DNA from: an uncultured Thermoleophilia bacterium
Lineage (GTDB): Bacteria > Actinomycetota > Thermoleophilia > UBA2241
Direction: 5' to 3'
Assembly: GCA_963715985.1 (NCBI GenBank)
Contig: CAVQSP010000008.1
Coordinates: forward strand, 32,001 to 96,000
Length of the DNA stretch: 64,000 bases
Shown piece by piece: positions 27,921-38,316 of the stretch. The notes beneath the pieces were generated by a model. The model did not search any database, was not told where the DNA came from, and saw only the letters and a program-made list of their open reading frames with translations. Each line of letters begins with the position of its first letter. The first letter of the stretch is position 1. The translations under genes and the position numbers were made by a program.

Positions 27921-29167
27921 TGGCCATCGTCTCGCTGCGCGACGTGGACTTCGCTTACGACGAGCGCCCGGTGCTGCGGCGCATCTCGTTCGAGCTCGAG
28001 CCCGGCGAGTTCGTGGGCATCGTCGGGCCCAACGGCAGCGGCAAGTCCACGCTCATCGACCTCGTGGACGGCATCCTGCGTCCGGGAGGCGGCGAAGTAC
28101 TCGTGGGCGGCCGGCCTACGAACTCCTACCGGCGCCGCGACATGGCGCGTGAGGTGGCGCTCGTGCCGCAGCACTTCGACCTCGACTTCGACCTCGAGGT
28201 GCGCGAGGTCGTCGAGATGGGCGCCTACTGCCGCGGCAAGGGCCCGGCGGTCTGCGACGACGCCGAGCTGACGCTGGCGCGCCTCGGCGTGGCCGCCCTC
28301 GCCGGGCGCCGCTTCGTGGAGCTGTCCGGCGGCGAGAAGCAGCTCGTGGTGCTCGCTCAGGCGCTCATGCAGCAGGCGCCTCTGCTGCTGCTCGACGAGC
28401 CCGCCTCGGCCCTGGATGTCTCCCACCAGCTGCGCCTCTTCGACCTGCTCCGTGAGCTCAACGCCGACGGCCTCACCGTGCTGTGTATCCTCCACGACCT
28501 CAATCTGGCGCTGCACTACTTCGACAAGCTGCTGGTGCTCAGCGGCGGCGAGGTGGCGGCGTACGGGCCGCCCGACGAGGTCCTGCGGCCCGAGATCCTC
28601 GAGGCCGTCTACGGCGTGCGCGCCTACATGCACCGGCACGCCGGGCGCACGTACCTCACGTTCTCGCCGCGGCTGCGCGGCGAGCGCCTGGGCCGCGTGC
28701 ACGTGGTCAGCGGAGGCGGCACCGGCGCCGGACTGATGCGGGAGCTGGTCGACGCCGGGTACGAGGTCACCGCCGGCGTCCTCAACGCCCTCGACACCGA
28801 CGAGGAGACCGGGCGTGAGCTGGGCCTGCACATGGCGGTGGAGGCGCCCTTCTCGCCGGTCGGCGACGAGGCCCACGCCGACAACCTCGAGCTCATGGGC
28901 GGCGCCGACCTCGTGATCATCACCGCTGTGCCGGTGAGCACCGGCAACGCGCGCAACGTGGAGGCGGCGCTGCAGACGCTCGCTACCGGCACGCCGGTGT
29001 GGGCCGACGCCGGCGTGCTTCAGACCGACTTCGCCGGCGTCACCGGCGGGCTGGCCGACGCCGGCGTGCGGCTTTTCAGCGACGAGGCCGAGCTCCTCGC
29101 CGCTGTGCGCGCCAGCGGCGCCTTCGCTGAAGGCGAGTCCTCGCCGGAGGCCGCGCCGCCTGCGTGA
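27920..29167 (+). CDS. btuD: ABC ATPase (BtuD-like) with C-terminal extension
   Basis: GPNGSGKS, LSGGEKQ, LLLDEP, LHDLN; extension VHVVSGGGTG...VTAGVLN..DTD...EAPFSP. Confidence 0.85.
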   Translation: MAIVSLRDVDFAYDERPVLRRISFELEPGEFVGIVGPNGSGKSTLIDLVDGILRPGGGEVLVGGRPTNSYRRRDMAREVALVPQHFDLDFDLEVREVVEMGAYCRGKGPAVCDDAELTLARLGVAALAGRRFVELSGGEKQLVVLAQALMQQAPLLLLDEPASALDVSHQLRLFDLLRELNADGLTVLCILHDLNLALHYFDKLLVLSGGEVAAYGPPDEVLRPEILEAVYGVRAYMHRHAGRTYLTFSPRLRGERLGRVHVVSGGGTGAGLMRELVDAGYEVTAGVLNALDTDEETGRELGLHMAVEAPFSPVGDEAHADNLELMGGADLVIITAVPVSTGNARNVEAALQTLATGTPVWADAGVLQTDFAGVTGGLADAGVRLFSDEAELLAAVRASGAFAEGESSPEAAPPA

Positions 29168-29246
29168 GGCCGGGCGGACGTCAGTCGGCGCCCTGCGCCT
29201 CCGCTTCGCGCGGCAGGTCCACGGCCAGTCTGGCGGCGCCGAGGCG

Positions 29247-30848
29247 TCAGTCGGCGTCGGGGTCGAGCGCTCGCACGTACTCGACGAGCTCGTGCGACTC
29301 CTCGGAGTCCACGGCCATCACTTCGTAGTCGACGATGACCCCGTTGAAGTACTGCATCAGCAGCCACTCCACGCCGGGTCCGCCGGGGCGCACGCCGACG
29401 AACAGGAAGCCGAGTTCCTCGAGCTGCGCCGCCGCCGCAGCCGCTCCCGGCTTGGTCATGTCCAGCGCCGCTTCCACCACGCGGAACTCCGACTCCCGCA
29501 GCATGCGCAACTCGTCGTGCAGGCGCGTGCGCGCGTCGTCGCCGAAGCTCGTCACCGTGAAGCCGGCGATGGACGACGCGGGAGTGAGGCGCACCTCGAT
29601 CGCGGTCTCCGCAGGACGCTCGCGGACCGCATCGAGTCCTCCCGGGGGCGAGCCGTCGAGCCGGTCGGGGGCGCCGATCCAGCCGTAGAGACGGGCGATC
29701 ATGTCCCGGTGCCGGGGCGGCACGTCCAACGGGACCCGCGAGGGCTCGACGAAATAGCGGAACATGGTCATCGCCGAGTTGCGGTGGCGGGGGTGCTCGT
29801 CGATGCCACGGAACTCGCGGTCGGGAGGGATGGACGCCAGTCGCACGCCGCACGTTCCGAGGCCCAGAGCCACGTTGAGGTGCTGTGTGTACGGGTGCAC
29901 GGTGATCGCCTCGGCGAAGGTGCCGTACAGTCCGCGGCGCTGTCCCTCCTGCATGAGGAGGTCGGCGAGGCGATGCGCGATGTGCCGCCCTCGCCAGTCT
30001 CTGCGAGTGGCGGCGATGCCGAGCTCGGGGACAGAGCGGTCGTCGGCGAACGAGAGCGCGAAGTGACCGACCACGGTGCCGTCCGGCACGGTGGCTACGG
30101 CGGAGATCATGTCGCCGCTCTGATTGAGGGCGGCGATGCGCAGCGGGTGGTACATGTCCTCATGCAGGTAGGTCAGGCGGTAGGCGTCGTAGATGCAGCT
30201 GCTGACCGCGGCCGCCTGCTCCGGCCGGAACAGCTCGTACGTCACTTCGACTTCGTCCACTGACGCCGGGGCCGCGGCGCCCGCCGGACCCGCGGCCGGT
30301 CGCGGAGGCGTGTCCGGCGTGAGCGCCGGCGCCGCTTCGCCGGCCGGCTCCGTCGCCTCCGGGGAAGCGGTCACGACGAAGGCATCGTCTTCGTCCGACT
30401 CCTGCGGCAGGTCGGTGGCCGCGTCCGTCGTCGCGCTCCCCACGTGCAACATCACCTGCACCGTGGTGCCGCCGCGCCCGAGGTTGCGGAACTCCACCCA
30501 GTCCGGGGAGCCGTCCGTGAGGAGGCCGTGCACGAAGGCGCTGGCCTGGCCGCGAAGCGAGGGATCGAACGGCGGGCCGTCGTCGTGCAGTGTGACGCTG
30601 AGCCCGCCGGGCACGACCTCGCAGGTCAGGTCGATCTCGCCGTCTTCCAGCGGTCGTGCGGGCGTGCCCATGAACACCTGGGCGAGCTGGCAGACGACGT
30701 TCGACGCCCTGTGGCGGCCACCTTTGTGAAAGCCTGCCAGACGCGCCGCGTCGCGTGTCGTGTGCTGCACCAGGGCCAGGTAGTCGGGCCTGTTGGGGAT
30801 GGTCAGCATGAGGCGCGACGGCGCGCCTGCGGTACTCCCATCACTCAT
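29247..30848 (-). CDS. degenerate RsbW-like HATPase domain fused to a GNAT-fold domain
   Basis: LTIPNRPDYL...LHDDGPPFDP...DWVEFRNLGRGG; then YRLTYLHEDMYHP, VVGHFAL, ELGIAATRRDWRGRHIA, EAITVHPYTQ, LGFLFVGVRP. Confidence 0.7.
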   Translation of the reverse strand: MSDGSTAGAPSRLMLTIPNRPDYLALVQHTTRDAARLAGFHKGGRHRASNVVCQLAQVFMGTPARPLEDGEIDLTCEVVPGGLSVTLHDDGPPFDPSLRGQASAFVHGLLTDGSPDWVEFRNLGRGGTTVQVMLHVGSATTDAATDLPQESDEDDAFVVTASPEATEPAGEAAPALTPDTPPRPAAGPAGAAAPASVDEVEVTYELFRPEQAAAVSSCIYDAYRLTYLHEDMYHPLRIAALNQSGDMISAVATVPDGTVVGHFALSFADDRSVPELGIAATRRDWRGRHIAHRLADLLMQEGQRRGLYGTFAEAITVHPYTQHLNVALGLGTCGVRLASIPPDREFRGIDEHPRHRNSAMTMFRYFVEPSRVPLDVPPRHRDMIARLYGWIGAPDRLDGSPPGGLDAVRERPAETAIEVRLTPASSIAGFTVTSFGDDARTRLHDELRMLRESEFRVVEAALDMTKPGAAAAAAQLEELGFLFVGVRPGGPGVEWLLMQYFNGVIVDYEVMAVDSEESHELVEYVRALDPDAD

Positions 30849-30887
30849 CGATGCCCTCCGCCTCTTCGTCCTCCCACCGAGGGGCCG

Positions 30888-31334
30888 TCAGCCAAGCAGC
30901 TCCCTGAGTTGCGCGCCGGCCGCCCGGTCTTGCGCGGCGCTCTTGCGAAACGCCGTCGCGCGGCGGCCGAGCATGCTCTCGCAGCCGGCCACGAAGGCGT
31001 CGTGAAAGCGCGCCGCGTCCTCCTCGGCGCGCGCCAGCTCTTCTGCGACTGCGGGCCAGTTGGTCGCGGGCTCGGCGTCGAGCGTGCCGAGGAAGTCACG
31101 GCCGTCCAGGGTCACCGGCGCGCCGGCCTGGTCCGCGGTCTCCTGGCGTGTGGCCGCGAGCTTCGCCACACGGTCGTCGTGGGTGCAGACGATCTCTTCG
31201 AGCTTGTCGCGCCACGTCTGGTCGGGGGCCAGGACGCCGGCCGCCGCGGCCAGGTCGGCGCACGCTTGCTCCGCCTCGAGAGCGAAGCGAAGAGCCGAGC
31301 CGTACGTGGTGATGTCGGGGAACTGGTGAGCCAT
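30888..31334 (-). CDS. small helical protein, ferritin/rubrerythrin-like (inferred)
   Basis: TYGSALRFALEAE...H..R...L, A.AEEDAARF; AAGGAG RBS. Confidence 0.55.
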   Translation of the reverse strand: MAHQFPDITTYGSALRFALEAEQACADLAAAAGVLAPDQTWRDKLEEIVCTHDDRVAKLAATRQETADQAGAPVTLDGRDFLGTLDAEPATNWPAVAEELARAEEDAARFHDAFVAGCESMLGRRATAFRKSAAQDRAAGAQLRELLG

Positions 31335-31404
31335 GGGCGCTCCTTGGGTCGGGTTCTGAGGAGCGTCCTACCCGCCGCCGCCGTTCCCGTATCGGCGGCA
31401 CACC

Positions 31405-31442
31405 AAAGAAGAGGGCGGGGGACCTGCCGGTCCCCCGCCCTC
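31405..31442 (-). terminator. intrinsic terminator downstream of mmsA
   Basis: GAGGGCGGGGGACC-N4-GGTCCCCCGCCCTC stem followed by TTCTTT on the minus strand. Confidence 0.8.
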
Positions 31443-31498
31443 GAGAGCGCTGCGAGCGGATCGCTGAGCCGGGGCTCAGTCGCGGCGTGTGCCGCTGC

Positions 31499-33035
31499 TC
31501 ACCACTGCTTGTTGACGGTACCCTCCCAGGTGCCGACCTTCTTCTCCTTCTTCTCGGCCTCCGTGAACCAGCGCGACGTGACGCACTTGCTCTCGGTGAA
31601 GAAGCGGATGCCGTCGAGGCCGAACACGTGGCTCTCGCCGAAGAACGAATCCTTGTGGCCGGCGAAGGGGAAGAAGCTGACCGGCACCGGGATGCCGACG
31701 TTGATGCCCACCATGCCGGCGTGCGTGCGCTTGGCGAACTCGCGCGCGTACGAGCCGCTCTCGGTGAAGATGCAGGAGCCGTTGGCGAAGCGGCTGTTGT
31801 TCATCAGCGTGATGCCCTCTTCGAAGTCCTCGACGCGCTTGATGCCGAGCACCGGGCCGAAGATCTCCTCGCGGCCGACCTCCATGTCCTCGGTCACGTT
31901 GTCGAAGATCGTCGGACCGACGAAGAAGCCGTTCTCGAAGCCCGGCACGACGCAGTCGCGGCCGTCGAGGATGAGCTCGGCGCCTTCGGCGACGCCCTTG
32001 TCGATCCAGCCCTTGACGAAGGCCTGGTGGTCGGCGCGAGACGACCGGGCCGAGCTCCGTCTTGGGGTCGTAGGAGCAGCCGACGACGCGCTCTTTGGCG
32101 AACTTCATCATGTAGCCGATGAACTCGTCGGCGATCTGGTTCTCGACGACGATCACGGGCAGCGCCATGCAGCGCATGCCGGCGCAGCCGAAGGTCGAGT
32201 TGATGATGCCGGCGGCGGCGCGCTCCAGCGAGGCGTCGGCGAGCACGAGGCCGTGGTTCTTGGCCTCGGTCTGGGCCTGGACGCGCTTGCCGTGGGCGGC
32301 GGCCAGCGAGTAGACGTGCTTGCCGACCGAGGTCGAGCCGACGAAGCTGACGCCGCGCACCAGCGGGTGCGTCATCATGATCTCGGCCTCGACGCGCGAG
32401 CAGGTGACGACGTTGACGACGCCCTTGGGCAGGCCGGCCTCGTAGAGCAGCTCGAGCAGGCGCATGCCGGTCGTCGGCACCATGCTGGCCAGCTTGAGGA
32501 CCAGGGTGTTGCCGGTGACGATGCAGAGCGGCAGCATCCAGCCGAAGGGGATCATGCCGGGGAAGTTGAAGGGGGCGATGCCGGCGAAGACGCCGATCGG
32601 CTCGCGGTAGCTCACGGTGTCGTGCCCGGTGGACACGTTCATGAGCGATTCGCCCTTCATCGTCATCGGCGCGGAGACGCCGACCTCGCAACCCTCGATG
32701 ATCTTGATGACCTCGCCGCGCGCCTCGTCGAGGTTCTTGCCGAGCTCGCGCGAGCAGAGGACGGTGATCTCCTCGGCGTGCTCCTCGAGCAGGGCCTTCC
32801 AGCGGTAGAGCACCTGGGTGCGCTTCTGGATCGGCGTCGTCGACCAGGTCTGGAATGCCCTGTGGGCGCTCTCGATGGCGCCTTCGACCTCGGCGGCCGT
32901 GCAGCAAGGCGCCTCGGCGAACACCTCGCCGGTGGAGGAGTCGGTGACCGGCATGTACTTGTCGGTCGCGGACTCGCGCCACTCGCCGTCGACGCAGTAC
33001 TTGAGGGTCTTCACTTCTGTCATGGCTTGGGCCAT
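31499..33035 (-). CDS. mmsA: CoA-acylating methylmalonate/malonate-semialdehyde dehydrogenase; frameshift near 32035
   Basis: IAPFNFPGMIP, SFVGST, AKNH, FGCAGMRCMAL | REEIFGPV, GMVGINVGIPVP..FFPFAGHKDSFFG. Confidence 0.9.
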
Positions 33036-33085
33036 CTTCGGTCCTCTCATCGCTCGCGTGGTTGCCTGAAAGCGTGGTACGTAGT

Positions 33086-33105
33086 CTAATCAATCAAATG
33101 ATTAG
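33086..33105. promoter_or_regulatory. palindromic operator between divergent mmsA and tetR
   Basis: CTAATCA-ATCAAA-TGATTAG in an AT-rich patch. Confidence 0.65.
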
Positions 33106-33217
33106 TCTCAACTCCGATGCTGAGGATTCATCGCCGCGCGAAGCCATGCGCTCTCGCGACGACGGCCCGGGTGGTCCAGCGTCGGCCGTGCTGAACCGGG
33201 AAGTGGCCGGCCAGCCG

Positions 33218-33841
33218 ATGGACGATCCCCGGCCCAGCATGCCGCCGGCGGCGGCGCACCTCCTTGACGCCGCGCAGCGCGTCCTCCTCACCAAGGGGTT
33301 CAGGGGCCTGACCCTGCGTGCGATCGCGCAGGAGTCCGGCGAGAACTCGGCGATGGTGCAGTACTACTTCGGCAACAAGGACGGCCTGGTCAGGGCGATG
33401 ATCGACTCGGTCTTCCGCGACGACCAGCAGGACGCCGCCGCCGCCATGACCGTGGCGATGGGCGACGACCGCCTTCCGGCGTTCGTGAACAGCCTGCGCA
33501 CCATCAGCTCGTCGCGCTCGTTCCGCGTCTTCTTCGACATCCTGCCGTACGCGCTGCGCAACGAGGGGCTCAGGACCCGCATGGCGCGGGTGTACGACTG
33601 GTACCGGCAGATCAAGTGCGACTGGCTGCGCGGCACGGGCGAGCCGTCGCCGTCGGAGCGGCAGGCGCTGCTCGGCGTGGCCGAGCTCATGACCGCGGTG
33701 GTCGACGGTCTGGCCATCCAGGAGGTCATCGACGACGACTTCGACATGCGCCGGGCCTACGCGGTCCTCGAGTTCATGCTGCAACGCTCGCTGCCGGAGC
33801 TCATCGAGCGGGGGCTCCCGGAGTCCTCGTACCGGGACTGA
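33218..33841 (+). CDS. TetR/AcrR family regulator (start uncertain)
   Basis: LLDAA..VL..KGF.GLTLRAIA.ESG.NSAMVQYYFGNKDGL HTH. Confidence 0.88.
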   Translation: MDDPRPSMPPAAAHLLDAAQRVLLTKGFRGLTLRAIAQESGENSAMVQYYFGNKDGLVRAMIDSVFRDDQQDAAAAMTVAMGDDRLPAFVNSLRTISSSRSFRVFFDILPYALRNEGLRTRMARVYDWYRQIKCDWLRGTGEPSPSERQALLGVAELMTAVVDGLAIQEVIDDDFDMRRAYAVLEFMLQRSLPELIERGLPESSYRD

Positions 33842-34772
33842 TCAGGAGTACTTGACCCGCGGGTCGAGCCACGTGTAGGCGAGGTCGACCACGAAGTTGC
33901 TCACCGTCACGAGCAGGGCGGCGAACAGCACCGTACCCATGATGAGCGGCAGGTCCTGCGTCTGGATGGCGTTCCACGCCTGCCAGCCGATGCCGGGGAT
34001 GCCGAACACCACCTCGATCACGAGCACGCCGCCGAGGAACCAGCCCACGTCCATGCCGAGCAGCGTGACGATGGGGCTCCAGGCGTTGCGCATGATGTGG
34101 CGCCACACCACGGTGCGCTCGGGCAGGCCCTTGGCGCGCGCCGCCTTGACGTAGTCGGCGCTGAGGATGTCGAGCATGCTGCTGCGCAGCATGCGCGAGT
34201 ACCAGGCGGCGCCGCCCAGCCCCAGGGTGAGGCCGGGCAGGACGCCGTAGATCGGCGCGGCCCAGCCCTCGTAGCCGCCCAGCGGGAAGATGGGGATCTG
34301 GTAGGCGAACACGTACATGAGCAGCATGCCCAGCCAGAAGGCAGGCGCGGCCAGGAAGATCGAGGCTGAGCAGGGTGAAGGTGCGGTCGCGGATGCCGTA
34401 CTGGCGGAGGGCGCTGATCATGCCCACCGGGATGCCGATCAGCAGCTCGAAGAAGATGCCGAACATGGCCACCATCACGGTGGCCGGGAAGCGCTGCAGG
34501 ATGGCCGTGGTGACGGGCAGCTGGGTCTCGTAGCTGTAGCCCATGCTGCCGTGTACGAGGTGCCACAGGTACAAGCCGTATTGGGTCCAGAGCGGCTTGT
34601 CGAGGCCCAGCTCCGTGCGGATGCGGGCCAGCACCTCAGGCGTGGCGTGCGTGCCGGCGATACTCTTGGCGGGGTCGCCCGGCACGGCGAAGGCGAGCAG
34701 GAAGGTGATGAGGCTCACGAAGAAGAGCACCACCACCATCCACAGCAGCCGGCGGACGACGTACTTACCCAT
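33842..34772 (-). CDS. peptide ABC permease (OppB/DppB); frameshift near 34360
   Basis: YVVRRLL, PGDPA, LGLDKPL..QY, RFPAT | DYVKAARAKGL, GGVLVIEVVF.IPGIG, LDPRV. Confidence 0.88.
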
Positions 34773-34831
34773 CGCCTCTGCCGCCGCACGTGGTCCGCGC
34801 GCTCGCCTCTCGCCGTGCCGCCGTCATCGGG

Positions 34832-36508
34832 TCACTTGCCGTCCAGCTTCCAGTACTCGAAGAAGTTGAAGATGTTGACGGGGTTCATGTAGAAGCCGCC
34901 CGTGTTCTTGCCGTACATCGCGTTCCAGATGGGCTGGTACAGCGGGGCCGTGGGCGCGTCCTGCATGACGATGTCCTGCATCTGCTTGAACATCTCGATG
35001 CGCTTGGCCGCATCGAGCTCGCTGGCCGATGCTGCGTACAGATCGTTCACCTGGGCGTTCTCGTAGAAGCTGGAGTTGGCGCCGCCGTCGATGGGGTTGG
35101 TGAACAGCGGCCCGATCCAGTCGCTGGGGTCGGGGAAGTCCATGTACCAGTCGCTCAGACCGATGGCGGCGTGTGACTTCTTGAGACTGATGTAGTTCCA
35201 GTAGGTGGCGCGGTCCAGCTGCTTGATCTCGGCCTCGATGCCCACGTCCTTCAGGTCGGCCTGGATCGCCTGTGCGAGCTTGGGGAGCGGGTCGACGTTG
35301 TGGCTCACGAACGTCACCTTGAAGCCGTTGGGAAAGCCGGCCTCGGCAAGCAACTGCTTCGCCTTCGCCGGGTCGTAGGTGTAGAACGTGGCGTCCGCCT
35401 GGTGGCCGGGCATCCCGACGGGATAGACCTGGTTGAGGGCCTTGCCCTGGCCGGCCAGCAGCTTCTGGATCTTCTGCGTGTCGATCGCGTAGTTGACCGC
35501 CTGTCGCACCTGGGCGTTGTCGAACGGCTGCTCGAGCACGTTCATGAACACGTAGTACCAGGCGATGTTGGGGGTGTCGACGACGTACTTGCCCCACGTG
35601 GGGTCCTGCTTGGTGCGCAGGTAGTCGGCGGCCGGGATCGAGTCGCCGAGGATGTCCACCTCACCGCGCTCGAGCTTGAGCAGCGCCGTGCCGGGGTTGG
35701 ACGAGAAGACGAACTCCATCGAGTCGACCCACTGGTCGGTGTCGCTGGACCAGTTCGTGTTCCTCACGGCCGTGATGCTCTGGCCCGGCGTCCAGCTTTC
35801 GATGACGTACGGGCCGGTGCCGAGCGGCTTGCGGTTGATCTGTTTGCCGACCTTGTCCACCCACTCCTTGGACATGACCGAGGTGAAGGGCATGGTCATC
35901 GCCATCAGGAAGGCGCCGTCCGGAGCGCCGATGGTGATCTGCACCGTGTAGTCGTCGACGACCTTGTAGCCCTTCACGTCCTTGGCCTTGCCGTCTATGA
36001 AGTCCTGCGCCCCGACGACGCCGGTGTAGAAGTAGGTCGCCGGCGCCAGCGGCTCCTTGAGCATGCGCTCGAAGCTGTACTTGAAGTCCTGCGCAGTCAC
36101 CTCGCGGCTCACCGGCGGGGCGAACTTGACGCCCTTCCTGAGGTGGAAGGTGTACACGAGGCCGTCGGCGGAGATGCCGCCGTTGTCGCCCGTCGGCACC
36201 TCGGTGGCGAGGTCGGGCACCAGCTCCGTGCCGGCCTCGCCCGGCTCGCTCGCGTAGGTGAGGAACGTCTGGTACGTGAGCCGCTCGATGCTCATCGACT
36301 CGTTCTCCCAGGCGATCGCCGGATCCAGACCCGTCGGTTCGCCCTGGAAGGTCACAGTCAGTGTGCCGCCCTTCACCGGCGTGGTGCTCGCGGGGCTGCT
36401 GCCACCTGCGCTCGAGCCGCCACCGCCGGAGCCGCAGGCGGCGAGGCCGGCGGCCAAGGCGACGGCGAGCAGCACCGCCGCCACCGTCGCCCCTCTCCGT
36501 CCGTTCAT
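34832..36508 (-). CDS. peptide ABC substrate-binding lipoprotein (family 5), copy 2
   Basis: lipobox LAAC, KGGTL, LDPA, YTFHLRKGVKF, VTAQDFKYSFER, PLGTGPY, VRQAVNYAID, W..DFPDP. Confidence 0.9.
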   Translation of the reverse strand: MNGRRGATVAAVLLAVALAAGLAACGSGGGGSSAGGSSPASTTPVKGGTLTVTFQGEPTGLDPAIAWENESMSIERLTYQTFLTYASEPGEAGTELVPDLATEVPTGDNGGISADGLVYTFHLRKGVKFAPPVSREVTAQDFKYSFERMLKEPLAPATYFYTGVVGAQDFIDGKAKDVKGYKVVDDYTVQITIGAPDGAFLMAMTMPFTSVMSKEWVDKVGKQINRKPLGTGPYVIESWTPGQSITAVRNTNWSSDTDQWVDSMEFVFSSNPGTALLKLERGEVDILGDSIPAADYLRTKQDPTWGKYVVDTPNIAWYYVFMNVLEQPFDNAQVRQAVNYAIDTQKIQKLLAGQGKALNQVYPVGMPGHQADATFYTYDPAKAKQLLAEAGFPNGFKVTFVSHNVDPLPKLAQAIQADLKDVGIEAEIKQLDRATYWNYISLKKSHAAIGLSDWYMDFPDPSDWIGPLFTNPIDGGANSSFYENAQVNDLYAASASELDAAKRIEMFKQMQDIVMQDAPTAPLYQPIWNAMYGKNTGGFYMNPVNIFNFFEYWKLDGK

Positions 36509-36585
36509 GTCCCCGCTCCTTTCGTCTCTCCCTCGGCAGACGGTCGCGGCGGGGCGCGCCAGTCCCTGCGCCCGCCGCCTGCGTC

Positions 36586-38268
36586 CTATTCCTTCCAGTA
36601 CTGGGTCGGGTCGATCTCGTACACCGGGTGCAGATAGAAGCCGCCGGTGGTCTTGGAGCACATGGTGGTCTGGGTGGGCTGGTAGCAGGGCACGTAGGGC
36701 GCCTGCGTGGCGATGTAGTCCTGCATCTCCGAGTACTTGGCGATGCGCGCGGCGGGGTCTGTCATGGCCTGCGCCTCCACGTACATCTTCTCCAGCTTGG
36801 GGCTCCACCAGAAGCTCGAGTTCATGCCTCCGGGCACGGCGCTGGCCTTGCTGAACAGCGGCCCGATCCAGTCGCTCGGGTCGGGGAAGTCCATCCACCA
36901 GCCGAAGCTGCCGGCGGTCAGGGTCTTGGGCTGGCCCTGCTGGTTGTAGTAGGTGTTGTTGCTCATCGTCTTCAGGTCGGCCTTCACCCCCACGGCCGCG
37001 AGGTCGGCCTGCACCGACTGCCAGAGCTTGGGGTCGGGGTCGACGTTGTCTGTGTAGAGCATCGTCTCGAAGCCGTTCGGGTAGCCGGCCTCGGCGAGCA
37101 GCTGCTTGGCCTTCGCCGGGTCGTACCCGTAGAAGACCTTGCCCTCCTGGTGGCCCGGCATGCCCTTGGGGTAGAACTGCCACAGCGAGGAGGCCTGGCC
37201 GGCCTGCAGCTTCACCAGCTTGTCGCGGTCGATGGCCCAGCTGAGCGCCTGGCGTACCTTGACGTCGTCGAACGGCTTCATCTCCACGTTCATGAACATG
37301 TAGCTGATGGCTACCAGCGGCTGCGAGTAGACCTGCGACTTCCACGTCGGGTCCGCCTGGATGCGCGGCAGGTCGCTGACGGGCACGCCGTCGCCGAGCA
37401 CGTCCACTTCGCCGCGCTGCAGCTTGAGCAGGGCGGTGTTGGGCGTGAACGACAGCTGGTAGTCCACCGTGTCCAGATAGGGCTTGCCCGGCTCCCAGTA
37501 GTCAGGGTTGCGGGTGACCACGATCTCGCGGCCCGGCGTCCACTTCTGGAAGATGAAGGGGCCGGTGCCCAGCGGGTGACGGTTGAACTGCTTGCCCCAC
37601 TTGTCCACCCACTCCTTGGGCACCACGTCGCAGAAGTCCATGGTCAGCGCGTTGAGGAAGGAGAGGTCGGGGCCCTTGAGCGTGATCTCCACGGTGTAGT
37701 CGTCCACGACCTTGTAGCCGGCGATCTCCGTGGCCTTCTTGGCCATGAACTCGTCGGCGCCCACCACGCCCATGTAGAACGAAGTGGCGGGCGCCCGCGG
37801 CGAGGCCATCATGCGCTCGAAGCTGTACTTGAAGTCGGCCGCCGTGACCTCGCGGTTCACCGGCGGCTGGAACCTGACGCCCTTGCGCAGGTGGAAGGTG
37901 TACGTCCTGCCGTCGGCGGAGATGCCGCCGTTGTCGATGCTGGGCACCTCGGTGGCGAGGCACGGGATCAGCTCCGTGCCGGCCTCGCCGGGCTTGTGCG
38001 CGTACTGCAGGAAGCCCTGGTAGATGTCGTGCTCGATCTGCCAGTCGATCACGTTCCAGGCGACGGCGGGGTCGAGGCTCGAGGGCTCCGTGAGGTACGA
38101 GAGCGTCAGCGTGCCGCCCTGCTTGGGCGTGCCCGGCGGGCTCGAGGCGCCGCCGCCGGTCGAGCCGCCGGTCGAGCCGCCACAGGCGGCCAGCCCTGCG
38201 GCGAGCGTGATGGCGAGCGCGAGCACGGCGGCGAGGACGCCGGCGGCTCTGCGGCTGCGGTGCGACAT
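36586..38268 (-). CDS. peptide ABC substrate-binding lipoprotein (family 5), copy 1
   Basis: lipobox LAAC and the same family 5 motifs; clear paralogue of the adjacent gene. Confidence 0.9.
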   Translation of the reverse strand: MSHRSRRAAGVLAAVLALAITLAAGLAACGGSTGGSTGGGASSPPGTPKQGGTLTLSYLTEPSSLDPAVAWNVIDWQIEHDIYQGFLQYAHKPGEAGTELIPCLATEVPSIDNGGISADGRTYTFHLRKGVRFQPPVNREVTAADFKYSFERMMASPRAPATSFYMGVVGADEFMAKKATEIAGYKVVDDYTVEITLKGPDLSFLNALTMDFCDVVPKEWVDKWGKQFNRHPLGTGPFIFQKWTPGREIVVTRNPDYWEPGKPYLDTVDYQLSFTPNTALLKLQRGEVDVLGDGVPVSDLPRIQADPTWKSQVYSQPLVAISYMFMNVEMKPFDDVKVRQALSWAIDRDKLVKLQAGQASSLWQFYPKGMPGHQEGKVFYGYDPAKAKQLLAEAGYPNGFETMLYTDNVDPDPKLWQSVQADLAAVGVKADLKTMSNNTYYNQQGQPKTLTAGSFGWWMDFPDPSDWIGPLFSKASAVPGGMNSSFWWSPKLEKMYVEAQAMTDPAARIAKYSEMQDYIATQAPYVPCYQPTQTTMCSKTTGGFYLHPVYEIDPTQYWKE

Positions 38269-38316
38269 GCGCTCCTCCTGTGTCCTTGATCGTGGGTGCG
38301 GCGCCGGGCGCATCGC

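Noticed and set aside
30888-30890. Other TGA stops as selenocysteine codons
   Set aside because: Apart from 53778, I noticed no TGA at a conserved Cys position with homology continuing downstream.
30444-33089. Long antisense or off-frame ORFs (also 13885-15705, 36361-38289, 55937-58075 and others)
   Set aside because: These are shadow ORFs expected at very high GC. They are Arg/Ala/Pro-rich with no motifs and lie opposite well-supported genes.
34832-37345. 837-aa substrate-binding protein
   Set aside because: The first part is an off-frame overlap with the upstream paralogue; the real start with RBS and lipobox is at 36508.
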